In this document: piece by piece, positions 43,015 to 52,407 of the stretch
Layout of the letters: each line of letters begins with the position of its first letter
How positions within the stretch are numbered: the first letter of the stretch is position 1
Assembly: GCA_965242865.1 (NCBI GenBank)
Contig: CBDETK010000013.1
Span: 5,455,427-5,519,426 of the forward strand
Direction: 5' to 3'
From: Candidatus Latescibacterota bacterium
GTDB taxonomy: Bacteria; Latescibacterota; UBA2968; UBA8231
DNA: 64,000 bases
Translations under genes and position numbers: made by a program
The notes under the pieces: generated by a model
What the model was told of the DNA's origin: nothing
The model's database searches: none
What the model saw: the letters and a program-made list of their open reading frames with translations, nothing else

Positions 43015-46000
43015 ATGAAGCCACTCTACTTTACCGCCTGTGCTCCTCATCCAAAGGTCGCGCCTGCCTTAGCGTCCCAAGTCCAGGAAAGCCTACGTCC
43101 TTACACTGCGTATCTGAGATCTGCGCTTGATGCTGCTAAAAAGCGCGAGTCGCGGTCTGTGTGTCGGTGGGAGCCTGTCCCGCAAGAGTATCCACTTCGA
43201 ATTACCCCTATGGACTCGCTCTTGGCAGTGGAAGCCGAGGGGTATAACTACCGGCTCGAAGGCTGGTCGGGCGACGCGCCGGATATGCCGTTATTCGTCG
43301 GAGACCAGTACCGGCCGATGGTCCCCAAGCGCGTTGAGCGAGTTGACGACGGATTGCTCCTCGTTCTAGACAGCGAGGTTGACCCGGACGACCGGATATT
43401 CTGGGAGGGCGAGCCTTGCACATTAACGCCCGCAGAGTCGATCTGGCCGGCTAAGTTGGTTGCACGGCGCGACGACGGTACCGTCGCGTCCCTGTTCCAA
43501 CGCAGGGAAGAAGCCAAGCGCGTTGTTTTGGTCGTAGAGGGCTGTGCTCCTGTTGTTCTCGAGGACGAGCGTGGCACCGAGCTACCCCATCGGGTGACCG
43601 AGCCACATGAAGGTGCCACGCGCCTTCGCGTCGGCAGAGAGGAGATTTCTTGGAACGGTCAACGAACCCTGACGCTGGAGGAACCGCCAGACCAAGACTT
43701 TCTCCTCGCCGACAACGGCGTCCGGTGGGCGTGGGCGGACGACGGTGGACGTGGGCGGCGACAGCGCGGGGTCTGGATTCAACTCCTGCCCCCTGACGAG
43801 GTGGATAGCGAGGCGGCCTTGGATATTCGGACAGCATACATGGAGGAAGGCGTTCGCGAAGTCCGTACGAAAAAAGGCAACAACCCGCAGCATGCCTTCA
43901 AGGTTTGGGGATTCCAGCGCGATAATTATCGGCTCGAATTAGATCGGCTCCCACCCGAGGGATCGACATTTTTCATCCCGTCCAGCACTTCGGGCCTACA
44001 ACGCCAGCGGCAGGCAGTGTTCCGTTTTAAGGACAACCCACTGCCCCACCACGGCCCTCTCCTAAGGCTTTGTGAAGCACCGGATAAGGTCCATTGGCCA
44101 AAGTTCCGACCAAAGGAAAAGGACGTTTCCCACTGGTATTTGCTCAACGACGAGCATTGGTGGGGCACTAGCCAGCAACGGGAGTTCGTAGAAAAGGCCC
44201 TTGGTACGCCGGACTTCGCGTTTCTCGAAGGGCCGCCTGGGTCGGGTAAAACCCATGCCATTTGTGAGTTGGTGCTCCAGTTCATCGACCGGGGACTGAA
44301 TGTGTTGCTCTGCTCTACGACCCATGTCGCCGTGGACAACGTACTGGAGCGACTCGTCGGTGATGGCGAGTTTGAGCAAGTTGAAGCCGTGCGGATCGGG
44401 CTTGCAGACCGAGTGGACCAAACCATCCGCACTGTACAGATTGATGAACGCATCTCGGCCTTGGTGGAGACTTGGCGTGACGTTGGAACCTTCGCCGACT
44501 TGGATACCGCCGACTTGGAGCGAGTCGCCGAGGCGACAATCCTCTCGTCCGTGAACCTGACGTGCGGCACCTCCACAGGCATCCTCGCGCATCCCTACAT
44601 CCGCCGGTCAGACGCCGGGCGCGACAACGATACCGGCCCGAGTTGGCCCTACTTTGATGTTTTGATCATTGACGAGGCCAGCAAGACGACCTTCCAAGAA
44701 TTTCTGGTCCCCGCCCAACTCGCCCGCAAGTGGATCGTAGTCGGCGATGTGCGGCAACTGCCTCCCTTCTCTGAGCCTAAAGATCTCGAAGCGAGTATTG
44801 CCGAAGTCAGCGACGCGAACGACGCAATGCTCTCGGACGCCCAGCAAGCGGCACTGCTGATCTTGTTCCGCCTCCAACGACCGGAAGCGGGGGTTAGACG
44901 GGTCAGATGGTTGATTGAGGAGTCGAACGATGTGCTTGATGCGCTTAGTGCGGAAATCGAGGCTCGGACCCACACACCCGAGATCGTGCGCGTTGTCCAA
45001 GGCCGGTCCGTGGGGAATAAAGTATCCATCGCCGATATTGAGGCCGGTCAACCTGTGGCACTGCATTTATTAGCGGCCGATTGGATTCTCTTTCCACCTA
45101 AGTTGCGAAATCGCCTCGCGCCTTATCTGCCGCCGGATGGGCTTGCGTTGCGCGACTGGGGCCCGGATTCTGCCCGTGCGTACCAATTTGTACGCTGGCT
45201 TGAGCAACGAGGCCGCTTCAAAAATCCCGTGCGAGAGCAACGGCGTCAGTTCCAAACTGCCGATGAGTTGGCTGCCCGCCAGCGGGGTTTTCTGCGCGAG
45301 GAGTCTTGGGCCAAGCAGGTATCGTGGCGGCTTGGGAGGGTTCATCAACTTGCCAGTGCTCGAGACGAGCGACAGAGTAAACGACGCCAAGATGAAGTTG
45401 ATAGCCTTATGCCCGCCGTGGAACCCTACTCTAAATGGGTGCCCCTAGCCATTGACGCAATCCGAGATGTCGGAGTTCGCAGTGTAATTGAGTCCTTCCG
45501 GGTGCGTAGGAGCAACCATCGGGTTCGCCGCCTGAGCGCCCTCACCGAGGCACTTCCAACGCATGTTTGGAATGAGCGGGCGGTACTGATCGAGTACCAG
45601 CACCGTATGCACCCGGACATCTCAAAGTTTCCGAGAGAGCAGTTCTATGAGGGAGTGGCACTGAAGGACGCAAACACCCTTGATGGGCGCGACAAACGGG
45701 ACGGTTGGTCCTTCATGCCCAAGGTGCCCGCACGACGAGTGTGGGTGGATGTGCGTGGCCACGAGGAACGCGGCGTCAACCAAGCTGAGATCAAAGCTAT
45801 GCAGAGTTGGTTGGAGACTTGGCGGGATTACGCTAAAACTCACCCGAGAACCGATGGCAAGCCTTGGACAGTGGCCTGCCTCTCGTTCTACCATCGGCAG
45901 GAATTGGAGACGCGAAACATGCTCCGGCGACTCACCAGAGTGCAGCGTGCGGAGACGCGCTTCGCGCTTCCCAACACGACGATTGTATGCGCGACGGTTG

Positions 46001-46215
46001 ACCGCTTCCAAGGCCGAGAGGCCGACCTCGTGTTGCTGAGTCTCAGAAACACCTCTCGACCAGGGCACATGGACAGCCCCAATAGGCTCAATGTCGGGGT
46101 CACTCGCGCCCGGTTTCTGCTCGTCATCTTAGGTCGCCGGAAGTACTTCGCCGATTGTCCATCCGAGGAACTCAACGCGCTTGCAAACGCCACGCCGTTG
46201 TTCAGTCTTGCTTGA
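43015..46215 (+). CDS. Upf1/DNA2-like superfamily 1B helicase (AAA_11/AAA_12) with an about 380-aa unknown N-terminal region
   Basis: 1066 aa. Motif I 'LEGPPGSGKTH', II 'VLIIDEASK', III 'VVGDVRQLPPF', 'EYQHRMHPDISKFPREQFY', V 'TVDRFQGREADLV' and VI 'RLNVGVTRAR'. Confidence 0.88.
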   Translation: MKPLYFTACAPHPKVAPALASQVQESLRPYTAYLRSALDAAKKRESRSVCRWEPVPQEYPLRITPMDSLLAVEAEGYNYRLEGWSGDAPDMPLFVGDQYRPMVPKRVERVDDGLLLVLDSEVDPDDRIFWEGEPCTLTPAESIWPAKLVARRDDGTVASLFQRREEAKRVVLVVEGCAPVVLEDERGTELPHRVTEPHEGATRLRVGREEISWNGQRTLTLEEPPDQDFLLADNGVRWAWADDGGRGRRQRGVWIQLLPPDEVDSEAALDIRTAYMEEGVREVRTKKGNNPQHAFKVWGFQRDNYRLELDRLPPEGSTFFIPSSTSGLQRQRQAVFRFKDNPLPHHGPLLRLCEAPDKVHWPKFRPKEKDVSHWYLLNDEHWWGTSQQREFVEKALGTPDFAFLEGPPGSGKTHAICELVLQFIDRGLNVLLCSTTHVAVDNVLERLVGDGEFEQVEAVRIGLADRVDQTIRTVQIDERISALVETWRDVGTFADLDTADLERVAEATILSSVNLTCGTSTGILAHPYIRRSDAGRDNDTGPSWPYFDVLIIDEASKTTFQEFLVPAQLARKWIVVGDVRQLPPFSEPKDLEASIAEVSDANDAMLSDAQQAALLILFRLQRPEAGVRRVRWLIEESNDVLDALSAEIEARTHTPEIVRVVQGRSVGNKVSIADIEAGQPVALHLLAADWILFPPKLRNRLAPYLPPDGLALRDWGPDSARAYQFVRWLEQRGRFKNPVREQRRQFQTADELAARQRGFLREESWAKQVSWRLGRVHQLASARDERQSKRRQDEVDSLMPAVEPYSKWVPLAIDAIRDVGVRSVIESFRVRRSNHRVRRLSALTEALPTHVWNERAVLIEYQHRMHPDISKFPREQFYEGVALKDANTLDGRDKRDGWSFMPKVPARRVWVDVRGHEERGVNQAEIKAMQSWLETWRDYAKTHPRTDGKPWTVACLSFYHRQELETRNMLRRLTRVQRAETRFALPNTTIVCATVDRFQGREADLVLLSLRNTSRPGHMDSPNRLNVGVTRARFLLVILGRRKYFADCPSEELNALANATPLFSLA

Positions 46216-46224
46216 AAGGAAACA

Positions 46225-47328
46225 ATGAAAGCTAGCCTCAAAAAAGAAGTCGAGATTCGAGACATCGCGGTATTTGCAGAACTCGCCGTATGGGAGGAGA
46301 GACCGGACCTTCAGAGCCTGTGCGTCGCGGCTCAGGATCAAGGTGTCCTCAACGAGGCCGCGGTTGATACCGTCCTACCGGGGCTGTCGCCGCGTGCTCA
46401 GAAGAACCTGTTGCGCCACTTGGGCTACATTCAACTTGTTGATCAAAACGGAGCACTGACCGCCCTCGGACGCCGTTGTGCATCGTCGGGCGAGGCCCCG
46501 GCTTGGGAGCAGGGTGTATATCGCCTGCTCGTGGCATCCCATCCTCTCTTTGATAGCCATGTCCTCGATTTCAGACGCGCCCCCGGCGATTGGCGCGACC
46601 GCGACTTTGACAACCACGAGCCGCTTCCGGCAGGGGTCTCGGCTAAACGCGACAGGGTGTTCACGTCGGTATTCCAGTCTAAGCGATTCAACGTATCGAA
46701 GTTTCCGGCAGCACAAGGCCAAAATCCGGTCTGCCGCATTGAAGGTACGACCAAGGGAACGTTGCAGTGGGATATCGACCTCGCGTCGGGCGACAACGAG
46801 TGGACGATTGAAGGACAGGTGAGCGGAGATAGGAACCGGCGCGGCAAGTTCCAGTCCGCGCCTGAGTCGGTGGAGCCGGATGAGTTGGTCGATATTTTCG
46901 CGGACTGGGAGCCGCAGCACTGGGATGTGCGAATGGGTCGCCTCGCCATGGCGTATGACGGCAAGATTGGGCAGGGCGGACGCGAGTCGTTTCTGCGGTC
47001 CCGGAAGTACAAAAATAAGCAGGTCAAGAGTTTTGGCTCGTTTGATGAGGTCGTAGTCCGAGATGTACCGGTCGGCCCGGCGACGAAGGAGGATGCTCGT
47101 ACTTGGGCAACTGCCATCCTCATCGCTCAAGCCAAGGCCGAGGACAAATACATAGTGCCCGACACTTATCAGTCGGATTGGTCAAACATTATCGACGGTA
47201 CTCCACTGGCAAAGTGGGCTGGGGATGCCCCCGATCCGGTGGCACTCTCCGAGGTGAACGGTCGCCCCCTCGCTGACCGGATGAGGTGGTTGCTCGCCGC
47301 GGGGACCGATCTAGAAATGGAGGCATGA
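46225..47328 (+). CDS. hypothetical protein (367 aa), possible N-terminal winged-helix
   Basis: The ATG lies 9 nt after the helicase stop, with AAGGAAA upstream. 'SPRAQKNLLRHLGYIQLVDQNGALTALGRR' looks wHTH-like. The rest is unrecognised. Confidence 0.6.
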   Translation: MKASLKKEVEIRDIAVFAELAVWEERPDLQSLCVAAQDQGVLNEAAVDTVLPGLSPRAQKNLLRHLGYIQLVDQNGALTALGRRCASSGEAPAWEQGVYRLLVASHPLFDSHVLDFRRAPGDWRDRDFDNHEPLPAGVSAKRDRVFTSVFQSKRFNVSKFPAAQGQNPVCRIEGTTKGTLQWDIDLASGDNEWTIEGQVSGDRNRRGKFQSAPESVEPDELVDIFADWEPQHWDVRMGRLAMAYDGKIGQGGRESFLRSRKYKNKQVKSFGSFDEVVVRDVPVGPATKEDARTWATAILIAQAKAEDKYIVPDTYQSDWSNIIDGTPLAKWAGDAPDPVALSEVNGRPLADRMRWLLAAGTDLEMEA

Positions 47329-49229
47329 TGCGTCGCGGACCGATTCAACCCGAAGATAAACAGGAATGGATTGACCAGAGGGAGAAAGAGCTTTCGCTTT
47401 GGGAGCAGGGCAAGAAGGGTACGCAAATTGACCTTCCTTGGACCGAATTGAGCAGCCCCGACTCCCTCAATGATGTGCAGTCGCTCGTGGCGAATGCTCG
47501 TAGCGTCATCCTTGCCATCGGTACGACAACAACCTCGCGCAAATTGATTGACGCTGTCTTACAATATCTTCCTGCACAATGCCGGCTCTATGTTTACGGA
47601 GCTAGTGACCTTGAGACCGAATTGGTTCAAAAGATCGCGGGCATGGGCGACCGAGTCCTCGCTCGCTTGGGGCACCGTCCACCTGCCGACTGGCTCATCG
47701 TTGATAAAGGGCGCGCCGGACGCCTTATCGTAGGGCCTACCGCCGAGCACCAAAAATGGGTGCTCCCCGTCAGCGGCGACTTAGCAAGATCGCTGTTCGA
47801 GGCATTTTGTGTGCTATTCTGGTTTCACGCAACGAGCGAAGCCCTGCCGGACGATAACGGCAATGTCGCCTTCCGGCCTCCGCTGGCGGCTCCGTTCAAA
47901 GACCCCGGTCCCGACATCCCACTCCCGGCTGGTCGGCTCCTCCTTGGCGGAGAACTCGACGATCCAGTTTCTGACGCCGAGTTCCGAATTTCACCGAACG
48001 CTTCGGATCCCGGACATGCGCGGGTGCTGTTCATCCCTCCCACTGACGACCTGGCGAGCGGCGGGACAGGTCGCCCTGTCGATCTCGAGCTTCCGACGGC
48101 ACTCTGTCGCCGGGGTCACCGAGTGCTGTGGGTTGATACCGGTCTTCCGAGGACGACGGTTACACGTCAGCGCATGGTTATGAACCTCGTGGAAGCCCCG
48201 ATTGCACTCCAAATTGAATGGCCAGCCGCCACAGCAATAGACTTCCTCCACCGTTTTGAACGTGCGGCGAAACAACCCGCTTGGGAGTTCCATCCAGCGC
48301 GGCGGCTCGACGCTATTAAGGGCGAGGTGCTACTGAACGGGGCGACGCAACCCGCCAAGATCGCTCCCTCTGTCTCGCTGGACGCTGGCGATGTGGACGC
48401 ACCACTGCTGGACTTCGACTCTGCCCGCCCCGCTCGCTTGCCCGATGTCCCGCCCCTCGCCTTGGAAGCGGCTATCAAGTGGCGACTAGTACCGGCTACT
48501 TTGCCGCGGGGTGCCCGCCGCGCCGAGATCGTCCGCCACTGGACAGCGGTGGATGAGTGGACATCGCGGACAGTGGAAAGCCTCCGCGATGCGCTTGACG
48601 AACTTGAGAACCAAGAAGGACTGTTGAGCAAACTTCGCCAATGGCTTCCTTCTCGGGATGGGAACTCGGCCTTGGAACGCGAAAAACTACGCGACGAACT
48701 TGACGACCTCGGCGAATCGCCCCCAAGTCAGATAGCGGCCCAAGCCGAGGAGCGCATGACACGCCTCGCCGCGGTCGTCAACCGTTTGGATGGACTGCGG
48801 CGTACCACTCACGACCAGCAACAGGACGCCGAGGACGCCAAGGCTGAAGACGCCCAGCGAGACATTTGGAAAAAGCGCGTCGAAGATGCCAAGACCAAGC
48901 TGGAAGAAATTCGACAGAAGTTGGCGGAGAATGAGATAGCCCAAGGCGAGGCGGCGGAAAAACGGCAAAAGATCGAGAAACTGGGTCGTGTTGCATCGGA
49001 AGAATTTCGTTTCAAGAAACCGCCTCGACTTGCAACTCCAGCAACGAGCGAGGTGGATTCGCACCCGCCGATTCCGTCAGAAGCACCTCCTGAGATAGGG
49101 GAGCTCTACGAACATGGCGAAAAGCGTTTTCTCGCCATTCGCACATGGGAACAACTTAGGCCGGCGCAGTCTGTTGCGAGGCGGCTTCGGGCCGAACCCG
49201 TGGTTGCTACAAACCCTTCAAAAGTGTAA
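47325..49229 (+). CDS. hypothetical protein (about 634 aa) with a C-terminal coiled-coil, charged region
   Basis: The ATG at 47325 overlaps the upstream stop (ATGA). The C-terminal third is E/K/R/Q/A-rich (..DAEDAKAEDAQRDIWKKRVEDAKTKLEEIRQKLAENE..). No catalytic motif recognised. Confidence 0.6.
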   Translation: MMRRGPIQPEDKQEWIDQREKELSLWEQGKKGTQIDLPWTELSSPDSLNDVQSLVANARSVILAIGTTTTSRKLIDAVLQYLPAQCRLYVYGASDLETELVQKIAGMGDRVLARLGHRPPADWLIVDKGRAGRLIVGPTAEHQKWVLPVSGDLARSLFEAFCVLFWFHATSEALPDDNGNVAFRPPLAAPFKDPGPDIPLPAGRLLLGGELDDPVSDAEFRISPNASDPGHARVLFIPPTDDLASGGTGRPVDLELPTALCRRGHRVLWVDTGLPRTTVTRQRMVMNLVEAPIALQIEWPAATAIDFLHRFERAAKQPAWEFHPARRLDAIKGEVLLNGATQPAKIAPSVSLDAGDVDAPLLDFDSARPARLPDVPPLALEAAIKWRLVPATLPRGARRAEIVRHWTAVDEWTSRTVESLRDALDELENQEGLLSKLRQWLPSRDGNSALEREKLRDELDDLGESPPSQIAAQAEERMTRLAAVVNRLDGLRRTTHDQQQDAEDAKAEDAQRDIWKKRVEDAKTKLEEIRQKLAENEIAQGEAAEKRQKIEKLGRVASEEFRFKKPPRLATPATSEVDSHPPIPSEAPPEIGELYEHGEKRFLAIRTWEQLRPAQSVARRLRAEPVVATNPSKV

Positions 49230-49272
49230 TACGTCACAGCATTCACACGGAGTCCAAACAAGGAGAAAATCA

Positions 49273-50001
49273 ATGGAACACGAAGAAACCATGGAACCCA
49301 AACTTCCAGGAGGGCCAATCGCAAACAGGCCACTCCATTTCATTTTCCTCGCAGACTGCTCGTACTCGATGTCAGGCGAGAAAATTCAAGCACTCAACCA
49401 CGCGATTAAAGAGGCCATTCCGCACATGCGGGATGTCGCAGAAGGCAATCCGAACGCCGAGGTTTTGGTGCGGGCGATCGAGTTCTCGTCCGGTGCCCAG
49501 TGGCATATTCCGCAACCGACGAATGTCGATGTGTTTGAGTGGAACGACCTCTCGGCCAACGGCTCGACTTCAATGGGACGCGCTCTGTCTCTGGTTACTG
49601 AGGCACTCAAGACCCCGCCCATGCCGGAGCGTGCGCTACCTCCCGTGCTGGTGCTCATCAGTGACGGACAGCCCACGGACGACTTCAATGGGGGGCTTCA
49701 AGCATTGATGGCCGAGCCTTGGGGCACGAAGGCCGTGCGCCTCGCTATCGCCATTGGCGCAGACGCGGATATCGATGTTCTCCAACGCTTCATCGGGCAT
49801 GCAGAAATCCAACCGCTGCAAGCCAACAACGCTCAAGATTTGGTCAATTATATCCGCTGGGCATCCACCGCAGTTTTGCAGGCCGCCTCCGCGCCAGCGA
49901 GCCAGACGCAGAGTGCTCCGGCCGGGGTCAATGTGCCGTTGCCTCCACCGCCGAAACCCGATCCGAAATCCGGGCCGACGGATGCCAATGATGTCTGGTA
50001 G
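49273..50001 (+). CDS. TerY-like von Willebrand factor A (vWA) domain protein
   Basis: The ATG at 49273 is preceded by AAGGAGAA. MIDAS 'FLADCSYSMSG' (DxSxS), 'GSTSMG' and 'LISDGQPTD'. Confidence 0.85.
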   Translation: MEHEETMEPKLPGGPIANRPLHFIFLADCSYSMSGEKIQALNHAIKEAIPHMRDVAEGNPNAEVLVRAIEFSSGAQWHIPQPTNVDVFEWNDLSANGSTSMGRALSLVTEALKTPPMPERALPPVLVLISDGQPTDDFNGGLQALMAEPWGTKAVRLAIAIGADADIDVLQRFIGHAEIQPLQANNAQDLVNYIRWASTAVLQAASAPASQTQSAPAGVNVPLPPPPKPDPKSGPTDANDVW

Positions 50002-50953
50002 CCACGAAATAGACGCGAGACCAAGCCGACGACCCGGATTCGCCATTGAGCGGGTAATCGGTGCAAACCACCTGCGATCTGGCAAGCCCTGCCAAGACGA
50101 GGCAGGGCTTTGGATGGTGGCCGACACTGTGGCCCTTGCCATCGCTGACGGTCATGGTTCGAGCAAACACGCCGACATCGGTGCCCGCCTCGCAGTCCAA
50201 GTGGCTCTTACCGCGCTCGTGCGATTCGCCGAGGACTTGGGTGAGCGCACTTCAAACCTGAGCGAAGTCCAGAAATACGCCGAGCATCCACTCCGCGTTC
50301 AGATCGTCCGGGAATGGAAAGAGAGAGTCCACACCAAGTCTGGAGACAGTGAAACACCACTCGTGGATTATGGCTCGACACTCTTGGTCGCTTTAGCAAC
50401 GCCGGACTTTTTACTCGTTGGACAACTCGGTGATGGCGATATACTACTCGTCAACGAGGCTGGTACAGTTGATGTCCCACTACCTGCTGACCCGGAGGCG
50501 TTTGCCGACGAGACTCCTAGCCTGTGTCTCCCAGAAGCCGAGCACTCATTTCGTCTGCGAGTCCTGCCGACACCGAAGCAAGAGACGCTTCTCCTGCTCT
50601 CGACCGATGGGTACAGCAAGTCGTACCCCACGGACGCCGCGTTCAAGGAGATCGGCCCGGATTATCTCGACCTCATACGCAAGGATGGGGTCGCCAAATT
50701 GACCCTTCTCTTGAGGGGCTTTCTCGAGGCGGTTACTAATCAGGGGAGTGGTGATGACATCGCCCTCGCGCTTCTCCACTGGTCGCCACCAGCGAGCCAG
50801 ACTGCTATGGATTCTTCTAACGCATCGTCGGGGCAGGATGGAATAGTACAGCGGATTCGAGCCAAAATTGGGGCATTCATTGGGAACAAGAACGAAACTC
50901 AAAATAATGGAGAAATTGCCAATGCAAAAACCAGAACTACTGAAGACCGCTGA
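49988..50953 (+). CDS. PP2C-family protein phosphatase
   Basis: 'ALAIADGHGSSKH', 'VGQLGDGD', 'LSTDGY' and 'GSGDDIALALL', the PP2C metal-binding Asp motifs. The start overlaps the end of vWA by 14 nt. Confidence 0.85.
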   Translation: MMSGSHEIDARPSRRPGFAIERVIGANHLRSGKPCQDEAGLWMVADTVALAIADGHGSSKHADIGARLAVQVALTALVRFAEDLGERTSNLSEVQKYAEHPLRVQIVREWKERVHTKSGDSETPLVDYGSTLLVALATPDFLLVGQLGDGDILLVNEAGTVDVPLPADPEAFADETPSLCLPEAEHSFRLRVLPTPKQETLLLLSTDGYSKSYPTDAAFKEIGPDYLDLIRKDGVAKLTLLLRGFLEAVTNQGSGDDIALALLHWSPPASQTAMDSSNASSGQDGIVQRIRAKIGAFIGNKNETQNNGEIANAKTRTTEDR

Positions 50954-52214
50954 TGGAACGCGCATCATCGCCGACACCCTGCTTGGTCAAGGGGGCCAAG
51001 GCGAGGTCTGGAAAGCCACTGATGGCGGGAAGTCTGTCGCGGTGAAGGTCTATCACCGAGATACGGCGACTACAGAACAAAAAGAGGGACTCGAGCGGTT
51101 GGTTGAAAAAGGCTCGCCTGCGCCCTGTTTTTTGTGGCCGATGGCGATGGTAGCGGATACTCAATCAGAGAGATATGGCTACATCATGCCCATCCGGGAG
51201 CCTAACTTTCGAGGACTGGAAGACTTCATGGCGCGGCGGATCCGCCCATCAATGCGTGCATTGCTCACGGCAGGCAGGAAACTCGCGGATGGATTTCTCC
51301 GCCTCCACAGTCGAGGTCTCTGCTATCGGGACATTTCCTTCGCCAATGTATTCTTTGATCCGAAGACCGGCGATATCCTCATCTGCGACAACGACAATGT
51401 TGACATAACGGGATCCGAAACGGGCGGTGTGCTGGGGACCCAGCGTTTTATGGCCCCCGAGGTGGTTCGGAGAGAGGCGGCCCCATCTGCTGATACGGAT
51501 CGCTACTCGCTGGCAGTACTGCTGTTTTTTCTTTTGTACGGTGGTCATCCCCTTGACGGTCAACTGGAAGCGAACATTCGCTGCCTCGATGTTCCCGCCT
51601 TGGAGAGTCTCTATGGGTCTGACCCGCTTTACATCTGGGATCCGAGCGACGATTCCAACCGTCCTGTCCCCGGCATTCACAACAACCCCATCGCCTTTCG
51701 CCACATGTACCCTGAAACGCTGGCAACCCTGTTTCAACGGTCATTCACGGACGGATTGCACTACCCATCCAAACGTGTGCGCGAGTCGGAGTGGAGGAAG
51801 GCTTTCGCGAGCACCATCGACAGTATCTGGCTGTGCGAGTGCAGTGCTGAAAACTTCTATGAGCCTGCGGTCGTGGCATCGTCTGGCGGCAAGCACTGCT
51901 GGTCATGCAAGAAGCCGCTGGTCCTCCCACCGCGCATTCGGATTGACGACGACATCGTCTTGCTCAATCGCACTACCCAACTGTTCGGCTACCATGTTGG
52001 TCAGACCCGCGACGATACCCCAATCGCGGAAGTCGTTCAGAACCCCCAAGTTCCGAACCTTTTCGGCTTGCGAAACCTGACCGCAGAGAAGTGGACACTG
52101 ACCAAGCCGGACGGGTCGGTGGTTGATGTTCCGCCTGACCGTGCAGCACCGATTCTCAACGGCAACCGCATCAACTTCGGGCCGCAAACGGGAGAGGTGC
52201 GAGTACAGTCCTAA
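50922..52214 (+). CDS. Ser/Thr protein kinase with C-terminal Cys-pair (Zn-ribbon-like) and beta-rich (FHA-like?) extension
   Basis: 'LLGQGGQGEVWKA...VAVKVY' (G-loop and Lys), 'CYRDISFANVFF' (catalytic loop), 'ICDNDN' (DFG-equivalent) and 'GTQRFMAPEV' (APE). C-terminus 'CECSAEN...CWSCKKP'. The start could be 50907 or 50922; GGAGA lies 8 nt before 50922. Confidence 0.85.
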   Translation: MQKPELLKTADGTRIIADTLLGQGGQGEVWKATDGGKSVAVKVYHRDTATTEQKEGLERLVEKGSPAPCFLWPMAMVADTQSERYGYIMPIREPNFRGLEDFMARRIRPSMRALLTAGRKLADGFLRLHSRGLCYRDISFANVFFDPKTGDILICDNDNVDITGSETGGVLGTQRFMAPEVVRREAAPSADTDRYSLAVLLFFLLYGGHPLDGQLEANIRCLDVPALESLYGSDPLYIWDPSDDSNRPVPGIHNNPIAFRHMYPETLATLFQRSFTDGLHYPSKRVRESEWRKAFASTIDSIWLCECSAENFYEPAVVASSGGKHCWSCKKPLVLPPRIRIDDDIVLLNRTTQLFGYHVGQTRDDTPIAEVVQNPQVPNLFGLRNLTAEKWTLTKPDGSVVDVPPDRAAPILNGNRINFGPQTGEVRVQS

Positions 52215-52407
52215 GATGTCGGACAGTCAGTCGCGAGGACACACTGCTTAGACCGCCGGGATATATGTCGCTGGCGGCTCAGCTTTGGGCTTTGAGACGC
52301 AACAATCGCACCGGCCCACCGGCCCCCCCAACCGCTCCTTGTGCCGCGTCACGCAGCGGCGTAACTTATGCAAAAAGCAAGACTTACCCAACACAGGAGC
52401 TTCCGCC

